Shown: piece after piece, positions 46,245 to 57,498 of the stretch
Numbering within the stretch: position 1 is the first letter of the stretch
How the letters are laid out: each line of letters starts with the position of its first letter
The notes under the pieces: generated by a model
The model's database searches: none
What the model was told of the DNA's origin: nothing
The model's input: only the letters and a program-made list of their open reading frames with translations
Made by a program: the position numbers and the translations under genes
NCBI GenBank assembly: GCA_004431415.1
Contig: QPMI01000436.1
Coordinates: 582,298 to 646,297 of the forward strand
DNA from: Cyanophora paradoxa CCMP329
Taxonomy: Eukaryota > Plantae > Glaucophyta
DNA length: 64,000 bases
Direction: 5' to 3'

Positions 46245-47303
46245 TCAGCTCGCCAGTGCCGCTACCTGGTCTTTGAGAGTTTGAACTTCTTGTGAAAGTT
46301 CCTGAATTGCCTTCAACGACAGGGAAATGAGCCTGTCGTAGTTTACCCGAGAAATCCATCCGCGTTCTCGAAAACGAGACTCGGGAAGACGCCTTGGACT
46401 TCCTGTGCGATGAGACCGTAATCCGTTTTCGAACCCCCGAGGATGTGTTCTTCCAGGTGAACGACACGGGATTCAGCTGCAGCAGAAGAGGGAGAATGCC
46501 CGACATGCTCGCGACATTTTCTTTCAGGCGGCTATCGCTCGACGAGTTTGTCAGGTATCCTTGAGCATCCGAATAAACGGCTCGGTTTCCATCGCCCGTG
46601 AGCGTCGAGACGATGAGCCGACCCGTGATGCCAACGCCGACGGTTCCGCACAGCAGTCGTTCGGTGCCGTTGTTTCTCAAGGATAGACCAGAGCTGACGC
46701 TTCCGCTATCAACGATTGAAGTGTTTGCTATGCTTAGGCCATTAGTAGGGCCTTCGATTGCCGAGGTAAATAGAGTACCTGTAACACCAACGCCAAGAGT
46801 CCCACAGAGGAGTCTATCGTTTTCGTTGTACTTTATAGCTACGCCTGAACCACCGCCATTTATGTACGGTGACGTTCCGGTAATTTGCAGCTTATCGTCC
46901 AATGTAACGATGCCCGCCAAGTTTGAAGCCCCGCTCACCCTAAGCCCCCCACCACGTTTGCTCCGCCTCCTTGCACATACAGAGCCGCATTCCCCTCCCC
47001 GTTCACAGTCCCATTAAAGGTCACCTGATTCGTGGTGTACCCGCTCCCGTCCCAGGCCCCGTTCGTGACGGTGAGCCTCTGCGTCCTCACGCGCCCCGGC
47101 ACGGCCGACCCGCCCTCCCGCGTGCGCATCTTGTCGCAGCGCAGCTCGCCGACGCGGACGAGGTCGGCCTCGGAAAAGGGGACGGCCGTGGCGTTGTAGG
47201 GGGCCTCGGTGGCCTGGTTTCCGAGGGTGGTCTCCTTAATCGTGTGATCGCCCTTGTGATTCACGCTGGCAGCATAGGTAAATAGAGGGACAGCGACCGA
47301 CAT
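46245..47303 (-). CDS. Fibre protein with C-terminal intramolecular chaperone (peptidase S74-like), frameshifted
   Basis: Beta-repeat shaft, then SSDSRLKENV...LNPVSFTWK...GLIAQEV...LKAIQELSQEVQTLK coiled-coil tail. Confidence 0.82.
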
Positions 47304-47327
47304 TTTTGGATTGCATCAGAAAATCGA

Positions 47328-50300
47328 TTACATAAGCAGCTTGCCGATCGCGGTCCAATGAATAAAAAGCTGGACAATTTGGGTGGGCGTGACCGTCATT
47401 CTGGGTTGGAATCTCACTTTAACTGTAAAGCCAGTGTGACTCACCGCCGTGACGTTGGCCCGTAGAAATCGACATCCGTGCTGCCGCCGGGATTGATGTC
47501 GAACGAGGGGTTACGTTAATAACCGGCGTTGGGTTTGCTGGGGTCCCCAGTCCGCCTCCAGTGTCGTACGCCTGTCCGAATGTAATGTTGAACGTCACCG
47601 TGTATGTTGAATTGATGTTAAACTCCGTGTACGCAGCGTAGGAGTGGAAGGACGTGCCGTGCGTTATGTACGCATCCATGTTCACGTTTCTGTGCCCGTG
47701 GCTGGTGAGCGAGTACTCTGTGTGACTGTGCGTAGAGGGTGGGAAGGAAGTGGGTCGGTCGATGACATTATCCCAGTACACATTGTGACTGTGTGTAGAG
47801 GGGGGGAAGGTAAGTGGCTTGCCCGTTACGTTGTCCCAATCCACGGAGATGTTCGTCAAGTCCGGGGCCGTCCAGTCGCTGATCTGAGAGATGGTGTGCT
47901 GGTGGTCTGCGTGGGGATACGTACTCGGCTTCCCCGTGATGCTATCCCACGCCCACGTTGTTGGTATCACGGGTATCGTCGGCCTCCCGCTGAGATCTGC
48001 ATACGCCCCCGTGTGTGCCACCGTCGCCAGCTGCGGCACGGCAACGCCCACGGTGCTCACGGCCTGGCTCGCCCCCGGCGCCATGTGCCACTCGTAGTTC
48101 TGCGATGCAAACACGGGCTGGCCTGGCTCGGGCGCCCAGTACTCGATGCCTTTGGCGATCTTCTTGGTGTATGGTGCTGCAGGCCTGTCAACCAATTTAT
48201 CGACGTAGGCCTTGGGTACCAGCCAGTTTGCCTTGGGCTCTGCGAATTGATCCCGTTGTCTATGAAGGCCCCGTAATTCCTGAAGGCCTCGGCCTCCCAC
48301 CAATCCTGCATGCGGAAGGTCCCGGGAATCTCGAGGCGCGAGTTGGCGTCCGCCAGGCGGGCCACCTGCGCCCTCCGTTCGACGAGACGCCCGAGTGACG
48401 GATGGCCGAGCCGAATTCGCGCCTTAGGGCTTCGATGTGATTGATCCTGTTGAGGCCCTCCTGGTAGACGGCAATTAAGACGCGCTTCCGCCCCTTGGTC
48501 TCCTCCTTTATCATCTGCTTCAGGTCGCGCATAAGTCGACTCAGGGCGAGCGAAGTCGACCGAAGCCCTCCTGCATTTTAACGGTGAGCTGGGAGAGGAA
48601 GAGCACGGTCGCGCGATCGATTTCGAGCAGGGTCTTCTGGTCCTTGGGGTACGGTAATCGTTGATGCTGTTGTCGAGCGCGCGAATGAAGGCCTGCAGCT
48701 CCTTCGGCTCCTTGATTTCGTTTAACCGCAGCTCCTGGGCCAAGAGCGAGGCCATTTCGCGCGCCTCCGAGGGTCGTACACACCCAAAAATCCGGAGCCC
48801 AGCTCGCCCTCCAGCCGATTAATTCGGTTGCGCAGCTGGCTCGCCTCGTCGCCCCACGTCTCGACGCCCCAGTCGTAGATCTGTTGCGAGAGCTCCGCGA
48901 TGAACTGTATGGTGTCGGTCGCCCAGTCGACGGGGTACTTGAAAAAGTTCTTCACGATTTCTTCCGCGCTGCGCCGTTGATGATATCCACGATCACCTGC
49001 GCGATGGCGCCCGCGAGGATGGACAGGCCAAGTCCGCCCACCGTGCCGATCCTCATTTTCGTGAGGGCGCTCAGGGCGGACGACATGCCCGTCTGAAGGC
49101 CAAAGAGCCGACCGTCATGATCATCTGATCGCGGAACGTATCGAAGAACTCGGCCTCCCTATCTTGCCCTGCGAGAGCGCCTGGTAGGCCGAGAGCAGGC
49201 CGCCGGCCGTCGCCAGCCCAAGGCCCGCCGCCGCCGCGCCCGCCCGCCGCATGGCCCGCGAGCCCGTACCCCCGAGCCGGCGCCCACCAAGTCGATGCCC
49301 GCCCCCTGAAATAAATCGGCTGCCCCGAAAGACATGCCGTCGTTGTTCGCCGTACCCGCCGCCGAGAAGAGCGTCTCGGCGCTGAGGGCCTCCTTGGCCA
49401 CCCCGGGCCGCCTTGCCCTCGGGCGCCCCAGGTACGCGTCGCGCTGCTCTTTGGTGGTGAATCGCTCGAGGTCGAAATCGGCGAGGGCGTCGGCGGTGGC
49501 GCGGTTCCAGTCGCCGTAGGGCATGAGGGCGTTGCGCAAAATAACGTCCGAGTCGCCCATCACGCGCCTGTCGAGCGTCTGAAACACGCCCTCGGAGGGC
49601 AGGCGGGCGGTGCCCGGGCGCATCTCCTCCACGGAAACGTCGTCCCTCTCCGCGAGTGTGATGTCGTCTGGGCTGGCCAAGCCGACGCCCGCGCCCTCAT
49701 CGGCGTACGCCCTTCCCCTTCGTTTTAATATTTGATTGGCCTCCCGTTTCAATGCTTGGTACTCTGTCTCTACCTTGGTCTTTCTTGCCTCTTCCTCTGC
49801 CGCCTTGCGCTCTGCGATCTTCCGCCTCTGCTCTTCTATCTCGGCGTTGCGTCTCGCCGCGTTCTCCTTCGCCTGCTGCTTCCGCTCTTCAATCACCCTG
49901 TTTGCGTACTCCTTGTCCGCTTGGGCCTTTCTGTAGCGCTCCTCGATCTGACTCTTGGCCTCGTCTCCTCTCTTCCTTAGATCGCCCATGAATGCCGTCG
50001 TATCTATGTGAATCTTGTATTTGGCGGGTGGGTGCTCACGTTTGAAGGCCTCCAGATCGCGCACCATGGCATCGTACTGCGCGAGCCCCTCCGCTGGAAT
50101 GATGGCTCTTCGCATTTCCCAAAATTTGCTCAGCTTGCCCACGTAATCGACCATGGAGAGGTACGCGCTCTGTGCGCCCGCGCTCACCGTTTTCGGATTG
50201 GCTCGCAGCTCTGCCACAAACTTTCCCTTTTGCATCCGGTACAGTGACCATTCGAGGGCTCCCCGCCATAGGCTCACTTCCGTCCGCAGTTCGCGGTGCA

Positions 50301-52508
50301 TCTCCTCCACGTCGCCGTATGCTATCCAGATGGCATCGCTGATGGGCCTCTGAACAGCCTGACGCTCAAAGTTTTTCCACTTCTCATCGGCCATCTTTCT
50401 CCTCAGTTCTTCGGCGTCTTTCTGACCCCTTCCCGTCAGCTGATCCATAACGTAGCTAAAGTCGCGCATGTTCTCTTCCATGGCGCGGACCTGTCCCCGA
50501 TGCATTTCCTTCTTTCAGTTTTTGAGCTCCGAGCGGTAAAAATCCATCTGCGCCCCCTGAACGTCTCCAGTCGTCGCTTACGCTCCGCTACCTTCGGCTC
50601 CTCCAGCCGTGCAAATTCCTCGTCTGATGCAGTTTGCATTGCCTTCAGTCGTTCCTCTTCTGTCTTGGCAGCTGCCTCCTCGTCCGCCCTGCGCCGCTGC
50701 TCTAACGCGTCGAAGAGGGCCCTCTGATCCTCGAGCGTGAGGCCAATGAGCTCTTCCACCTGGTCGCTCCTACCCAGCCGCGCGAAGGGCAGCCTCTCGG
50801 CGGCCGGCCTCGGATCGGGCCTCGGCGTCGTCTGCGTCTCGGCCGTCCCCATGGGCGAGCGAGCCTCTGCCGTGGCCGCGTACTTGAGCAGCCTCTGTGC
50901 CAGCTCGTCCGCGTTGGCCTTGAATTTTTTCGACTGCTCGTCCGCGCGCTCGGCGGCCTCCTTTAAATTTTTGATTTCCTCCCGGAGCCTGTTCGCCTCC
51001 TGCACCGCCCCCGTTTGCAGCTCTCCTGCCTTTCTCCTCGTTTCCTCTTCCTCTTCCAGCAGCTGCCTTCTCGTCTCTGCCTCCTTTTCCAATTTCTTCT
51101 TCCTATCCTCGATCTCTTTCCTCTGCGCCTCAAGCAGCTCGGTGCCTGCGGTCAGCGCTTCAATTTCCTGCAGCTTTTTCGCCTTGGCGGCTTCCCTTTG
51201 CTCGTTTATCCTCTTCAGCTCCTCCTCGGCGTCGAGTATCATTTTCGTGCGCTCTTCCGCGACCTGGCGCTCTGCCGACCTTAGCGCGGTGAGGGCGCTC
51301 TCTTCCTGCCTTTGCGCGTCTGTCATCAGCTTGTTCGCTTCCGCCTTCTTCTCCGCGACCTCTGTCATTTCCTTGTCTTTCAGCTCGCTCCATTGCTTCT
51401 TTTCGTTCTCGAGTTTGTAGTACTCGCGCTGCGCGTCCTCGGTATCGAATTTAATGGGGGTCTCGCGTTCAGCTCGTCGATTTGCCTCACGAACCCTTCC
51501 GATCCTTGTAGTATTTGATGCCGCCTACGATGAGGGCGCCCCGAAGATGGCCGTTGAAGTGGCGAGGCCTGCTACCTTATCCATGCCCTCCCGCCTGAGC
51601 CGCCGCCACCCGAGCCGCTGCTGCCCCGCCCCGCCCACTGGCGTGCCGCTGGAGCCCCCTCCGCCCCCGTGCCTGTACCCCACCCCGGTGCCTGTACCCC
51701 CACCCCGGTGCCTGTACCCCACCTCCCGTGCTTCCACCACCCGTACCCCACCCGGAATCGCACCCGGCACCTTGGGCCCGCCGATGATGTCGTCGTACAG
51801 GTGGCGGTGCGCCCAGTCCGTGATGTCGGCCTTCACGTGCGGGTGCTTGACGAGGGCGTACCTCTCGTCGTGGAAGTGGTCCTTCAGCGCCCAGTTCTGC
51901 GTCTTCGCCCAGTCCGAGCGATCGGGGAGCACGTCGGGCGCCGTTGGGATGCGGCCCCCGCCCGTCGTCTCCGGCGTCTCGCCCGTCCTGTCGGCGCTCA
52001 GGGCGCGGATGTTGACCTTGAAGTGGTCGAACCACGCGAAAAACTCCTCCCTGTCGCGCCTGTACTGCTCGGGCTCCATGCTCGGCAGCGCCTGGCGGCT
52101 CCAGTAGATGTGGCGCAGGGGGCCCGCGATGCGCTCGAGTGCGTTGTACCCGGGCCTCACGTCTCCCTCTGCGCCCTTTAGAGTCAGTTTCACGAGGTTC
52201 AGGGTGGCATCCTTTGCGGTGACCGAGTTTGCGATTTTCACGTCGGCCGCCCTCTTGATAATGTTCCAGTCCACGCCCGTCTCGGTCGTCACGCCCCAGA
52301 GCCCCTTGATAATTGCGGTGAGGTCACCGTAATCGTCCAAGGTACCGACGGACGTCAGGAAATCGCTGTAGGTCGCGCCCTTGCGCAGCCTTATCTCATC
52401 CGCGTAAATTCCCCTCACGCTCAGGCTCCCGTCTATCGCGAAGGCACCGTTCAGCACCTCGTCCGGATTCGGGATGGCCATGCGCCAGGGGTCGTCGAGC
52501 ATCGACAT
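47328..52508 (-). CDS. Giant protein (about 1700 aa if single): Gly/Thr linker, long coiled coil, HxH phage-tail-fibre repeats and fibre-tip-like end; heavily frameshifted
   Basis: Overlapping same-strand ORFs with no intergenic gaps. E/K/R/A-rich coiled coil at about 49.7-51.5 kb; WDxITGKPxTFPPSTHSH repeats at 47.7-48.0 kb; ends ...LFIHWTAIGKLLM*. Confidence 0.6.
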
Positions 52509-52533
52509 TTTATCCGCGAGAGAGAAAAATTAA

Positions 52534-53010
52534 CTAATGCTCCGCGTCCCACGTCCACTTCAGCTTGCCGCTCACCTCGCCCGTTGTCCAGCGGCCCACG
52601 GGCACCTGCCAGAAAACGTCGGCGTAGGGGTAATCGGGCCTGATAGTGATCTGCTCGTCACGCAGCCAGCGGTAGGCCTCGGAGGCGTCGCGAATCTTTG
52701 GCTCCCAGTATTCCCCACCCGTGCCGTTCGGCAGCGAGTACCCCTCCCTTGCTACCCGTACCCTGTAAAAGTGATCGCCCATTAGCGTGTCTACCCCCCT
52801 GTACTCGAATTCTACGATTAAGGCCAAGTCCTGCCATGCGCTCTCACCGAGACGGATGTGACTGAGGCTGTGCAGCAGCCCGTATTTAATTGGACCAGAG
52901 GCGGTTACAAGATCGACTCTGTAAGTAAGGGGCGAGGGGTAGCCAGGCACGCCCGTAAAGGTACGCGTCTTGACGCCCGAGCCCTTTCGCGGGAATATGA
53001 TCAGGCGCAT
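52534..53010 (-). CDS. Viral hypothetical protein
   Basis: Intact 158-aa ORF with upstream ATTTTCGCAG motif. Confidence 0.65.
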   Translation of the reverse strand: MRLIIFPRKGSGVKTRTFTGVPGYPSPLTYRVDLVTASGPIKYGLLHSLSHIRLGESAWQDLALIVEFEYRGVDTLMGDHFYRVRVAREGYSLPNGTGGEYWEPKIRDASEAYRWLRDEQITIRPDYPYADVFWQVPVGRWTTGEVSGKLKWTWDAEH

Positions 53011-53039
53011 TTAAGGGGGCCTGCGAAAATCTAGTCGGC

Positions 53040-53488
53040 CTACTTAGCGTAGGCCCAGAGGCCGAAGTTCTTGACGATGAAGGCGTTGTTCTTCTTGGTG
53101 GCGCCCGTGATGTCGGTGAAGCGCACGCGCAGCTCCTGGAATTTGTCGTACGCGACGTAATTCGGGCGCACGGCCATGGGCACCTCGAACCAGTAAAGGA
53201 TGGTGTTTTCCAGGCCGTCGTGGCCCACGTCGGAATCACGACCTTGTTGATGCACGCGTTCACGTTCGAGATGGTCGTGACGTTCAAATCGGGCACGTCC
53301 ATCAGCAGCACGTTTACGGTTTTCGCGGCGGTGGGGTCCGGAATCGCGGTCGTGTCCAGCTCCAGGTAGACTCCCTTGATCTGCAGCGTGTCGATGTCGG
53401 AGGGGATCTGGTTCAGCCTGAGGCGCCAGAAGCCCTCGGAATCCTGCGTCTCTCCGTTCGACTGGACGTAGAGGTTAACGCAGGACAT
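53040..53488 (-). CDS. Possible single jelly-roll minor capsid (penton-like) protein, one frameshift
   Basis: About 150 aa, alternating beta-strand pattern, C-terminal FQELRVRFTDITG reminiscent of penton-type proteins. Inference only. Confidence 0.4.
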
Positions 53489-53517
53489 TATTTAGGGCCT
53501 TAGGAGGGGCTGAGAAA

Positions 53518-53706
53518 TTAAGCCCGCTTCGGTCCCATGTTCAGGAGGGTGGGCCCCACGAAGTAGTAGCCCGCGAATTGTGCGAGGAGGATCCGCAGCA
53601 GGTAGTAGCGCGCGGGCGACATGTACGCAACGGCGCCGAGGGTCAGGAGGCTGCCCAGGTAGCGCGAATCGCTGAGGATGTTGTCGAGGCTCGGCAGGGA
53701 CATCAT
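53518..53706 (-). CDS. Small membrane protein
   Basis: 62 aa, two hydrophobic stretches, upstream AATTTCTGA motif. Confidence 0.6.
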   Translation of the reverse strand: MMSLPSLDNILSDSRYLGSLLTLGAVAYMSPARYYLLRILLAQFAGYYFVGPTLLNMGPKRA

Positions 53707-53734
53707 TCTCGGGTTTAAGGCCCCTTTCAGAAAT

Positions 53735-54085
53735 TTACTTGGGCATGAAGAAATTCCTGACGCGCTCTCCCTCCTCGTGCAGCGCCCACTGCAGCCGGTC
53801 GATGACGGCGGCCATCACGGGCGGGCTCGCGGCGGGGTTCTTCGCGTACGCCCGGGCGTCCTCTGCCATCTGGGGGTGGTACTGCTCGACGCGCTTGGCG
53901 TAGCTCGCGATGGCGCGGCGGGTGCACCGATCCAGGTCAGCCGCCATTTCCGCCGGTGCCTTCGGCTGCTGCTGCTTCTTTCGCGCGTAAGTCCTAAGAA
54001 GCCAAGGGTAGGCCGCGGTGCTGCTGCTGGAGTTGCTGGGCGCTGGAGCCTCTGCGCTGGGGGCTGGTGTCGCGGGAGTCTCCAT
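53735..54085 (-). CDS. Viral hypothetical protein
   Basis: 116-aa ORF with upstream TTTTTCTAG motif. Confidence 0.55.
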   Translation of the reverse strand: METPATPAPSAEAPAPSNSSSSTAAYPWLLRTYARKKQQQPKAPAEMAADLDRCTRRAIASYAKRVEQYHPQMAEDARAYAKNPAASPPVMAAVIDRLQWALHEEGERVRNFFMPK

Positions 54086-54386
54086 TTCCCATGTTCTCTA
54101 GAAAAAAACGGGTACCGGTTTGCGTCATCTGAATGTCGACGTGGTGCGGCCCTATGTTCTGCGTGCTCTCGCGCCTCTGCTGCTCCGGTGGGGGTTCGGG
54201 CTCGGGCTGTCCGCGGCGGACGACCCTAAGGGCCGCCGCCTTCAGGGCGCCCAGCACTGTGTTGGGGCCGACGCGCTCCGTGCCGCCCAGCAGCTCCGAG
54301 ACCAGGAAGAGCGCGCCGCAGACGACGGTGATGATGTCCGAGTGGGTGCATTCCCCTGGAACATTTTCGCGGGCCCGTCAGATTTA

Positions 54387-56412
54387 TTATCCGCTACCCC
54401 TTCCCCTTCCGCGCCCCTTGCCTTTGCCGCGCCCTCGGCCCCTGGCCCTCAGGTCGCCGATTTCCGCGGCCTGCGGCGCGAAGCGGGGATCGTCCGCCTG
54501 GCCGGCGTCCGCCTGGAAAATCGTGAAGAGGTACCCGTCCGTGTTGTTGTCGGTGTTGTTCGTGTTTCGCGCGTGCGACCACTCTTTCAGTAAATCGCGC
54601 CTCTGCTTGTCGGGCAGCGTCTTTGAGAGGTACTCCTGCAGCTTGCTCGCGTAATTTTCCTCTGGGATCAGCGACGCAAGGACGGTGGGCGGATCTTTCC
54701 CATGCCTATCTTCTCTTCCGTCAGCATGCGCTCGAGCTCTGCGATTTCCACCATCGTATCGATGCTCGGTTGAGGCCCTGCCTCTGCCCTCTTCTGGTCT
54801 ACGAGGCGCTGCCCCGCCGCCGTGAATTTCGCGGACAGAATTTGGTGCAGCCGCTCGTACACCGTCGTGGTGCTCGGCTCCTTCTCCTTCAGCAGCACCA
54901 CCCAGTCGTAATTCGCCCACAGCACCTGCAAATTCGATATGTGATCGATCGTCACCAGCACGTGGGCGTGCAGCGCGCCGTCCGTCGGCCCCACCTCCAC
55001 GCCCCCTTGCACGCGAATTCCGATGATTGCGTTGGCGTACGTGTCGTCCTTGTACTTGCCGTTCTCTTCCTTCATATTGAAGCGTATGAACTTGTAGAAT
55101 TCTGCATCCGAGAGCACCTCTGCGAGGCTGTCGCGCAGCGCCGCCGCCTCGAATTCTCGCGCCTCTCCCAGGCGCTTGTGGGTGTTGAAGAGCACCCAGT
55201 AGCGCGACTGGCGCGCCTGTCGTATGTCGTACCGCGTGCTTCCGTCGGGATTCTTTTTGTTGAGGATGAAGACCGACCGCCCCGTCTCGCTGATTTCCGT
55301 GATCACCTTCTCGAGCGCCTCCAGCCCGTTTGCCTGCGCCGCCTGCAGTCCCGTTTTCGCCTTCTCTATGTTCTGCTTTACCTCTTGCGCGTCCGCGAAG
55401 GTTGCCATTAAATCTTCCATGCTCGGCGCCACGATTTTCGCCTTTCTGATTTTCGACTGCGCAGAGTTGGGCTCGATGACGGACGATCCGAAGTCAGCGG
55501 CCGTATCCTTTGCCTTTTTCGTGGTCTTTGGCTTCGGCCCGCCGAGCACGCTCTCGACCATGTGGTCGCGCGTCTGCTTGGAGACGGTGGCCGTGTCGCC
55601 CCTCTTTCGCCTCTGCAGGCCCAAGATCACGAGCAGGCCCTTGTTGCCGAGCAGCGTGACGCACTTCTGGCAGAGCCACGAGTTTCTGGGCGACACCGTG
55701 GGCACCTGCGCCGGCTTCTTGTCCTTGATGAGGGGTACGGCTCCTGGCCCTTTTTCTTTCCCTTGCCGTTTTGCTTGGCCGCCACGCGTTTGCCTTCTCT
55801 ATGACCGCGACGTACTCTTCGTACACGGCATCCTTCCTCGCCTGCGCTGCCTCCCTCGCGGCGATTTTCTCTGGCGTGTTGGCCCCCTTGGCGCTCGGCA
55901 CGGGCGTGGCTTCGTACATGAGGCGAAGGCAGCGGTAGCAGATTGGCGGCGATTTCTGCGCGCTCTGGTACGTGCGCGGTATGGCGCGCAGTCGCTCCTC
56001 GGGGAGTTTATCGTACTCGATTTCGCTGTGGATGCTCCAGAGGGTCGCGGGCTCGTGGTATGATTTATCGAGCAGCGATGGGAGCATCTGAACTTCTTTG
56101 GTGGCCGAGAGCTTGATGTAATCGGATATGCTCTTCTGCTGCTGGAATATGCCGTCCTCGCCCTGAACCAGCACGTATCGCTTCGGAATCTCAACGACGG
56201 GCGTCTCGAGCTCGTCCACGCCGGTATCGGGCGCGTTTCCCTTTGCCTTTCCCTTTCCCTTCCCTTGCCCTTGCCCTTCGGCTTAGGCTCCGGCTCCTCT
56301 TCCTCTTCCTCCTCTTCTTCCTCCGACTCGGAGGACGGGACGTGGGCTCCTCTTCCTCTGACTCGCTCGAGCTCTCTGGCTTCTTCTTGCGGCCTCGGCG
56401 CTTCGGAGGCAT
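54387..56412 (-). CDS. Long HUH-superfamily endonuclease (Rep-like) with basic N-terminus and two CxxC motifs, frameshifted
   Basis: Motif I-like YWVLFNTH, motif II GALHAHVLV, motif III LQEYLSK (YxxK); CYRC and CQKC; N-terminal PPKRRGRKKK. Confidence 0.78.
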
Positions 56413-56433
56413 TTATTGGACACGAGAAAAAAT

Positions 56434-57269
56434 TTACACGAGCTTTACAGCGCCCGTCTCGAGGGCCTCTACCGTCTTCGTAATGTACAGCTGCAGCAGA
56501 TCCTTAAGGTTGCTCTGCGGCAGCAATTTTACGTCTACGTGCATCTGCCTGGCGGTTTCTCGCTTCCTGTAGCCCGTCTCCTTGCCCGTCCACTGCATGC
56601 CGAGGGCGTCCTTTCTCCGTATCGGCCGCACCGCCGTCTTCTGGTACTCCTCCCCGAACCAGTCGTCCTTGTAGAAATTCGGCAGGCCGCCCTGCCCTCC
56701 GTTTGCATGAACTTGATGAGGAAATCCGACGCCTTCTTGCCGTCGAATTGCACGCGCGAGTAGTGCACCAGCGTGAGCAGGATGTGCGCGTGGAGCCGCC
56801 CCGACCGCGGCCCGTACTCGATGCCGATGTTCGCGTTGCCCTTCTCCACGTGCGTGTCGTACTGGTCGGACTTGAAATCGAAGCCCTTGGGGTTCGCCTT
56901 GTCGGGGTACACCCCATCTTTATGCACCGCGCCAGCTGCCTGTCGTCGTAGAAGAGGGCCTCCAGCCCCTGTGAAACGCGTCCTGCACCTTGGAGCCCTC
57001 TCCCTGCTCCGCGGCTTGTAGTTGGTCTGGATGGTGATCATGAAATTCGACTCGCGCTGCGGCCGATCCTCCCGTTCAGTTTCCTCACGGGCGCCGCGTC
57101 CAGCACCTTCTGGAACCACGTCTTGTCGGGCGCCAGCACCTTGTCGTTGATGTTGCCCACCACGATGTGCGTCTCTACCGGGAGCGGCCGGAGGCGTCCA
57201 TGCGGAGGTGAGGGTTCGGTGCCCGGCTTGCCTGTTTGCTGCCACGCCCCTCGCGATGAGGTTGAGCAT
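56434..57269 (-). CDS. HUH-superfamily endonuclease (rolling-circle Rep-like), frameshifted
   Basis: Motif I-like FMITIQTN, IEYGPRSGRLHAHILL (motif II), LQLYITK (motif III). Confidence 0.8.
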
Positions 57270-57342
57270 GTCAGACCAAGGCCTAGAAAATTTTCCGAGG
57301 CTGGGGTGAGCTTCCACGTGGGCCCCGGGGTACGTCCGCACC

Positions 57343-57381
57343 TCACCTGAGCATCACCTGAGCCTCACATGAATCACCTGA
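57343..57381. promoter_or_regulatory. Four TCAC(C/A)TGA boxes between the divergent HUH and VLTF3 genes
   Basis: Copies at 57343, 57354, 57365 and 57374. Confidence 0.55.
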
Positions 57382-57470
57382 GCAACGCCTTCTGCAACAA
57401 GTGCTTCCTCACTTGCAAGTGGGACCCACTCTCCTCTGAGAAGCCAACCTGTTGGTTCTGCAGGGAATAG
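57369..57470 (+). CDS. 33-aa zinc-ribbon micro-protein
   Basis: MNHLSNAFCNKCFLTCKWDPLSSEKPTCWFCRE*, with CxxC...CxxC. Confidence 0.4.
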   Translation: MNHLSNAFCNKCFLTCKWDPLSSEKPTCWFCRE

Positions 57471-57498
57471 CTCAGCTGCAGTACGAGGACTCAGAGGA

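Noticed and set aside
44095-47303. Invertible tail-fibre switch between the convergent fibre genes
   Set aside because: No flanking inverted recombination sites or invertase were found.
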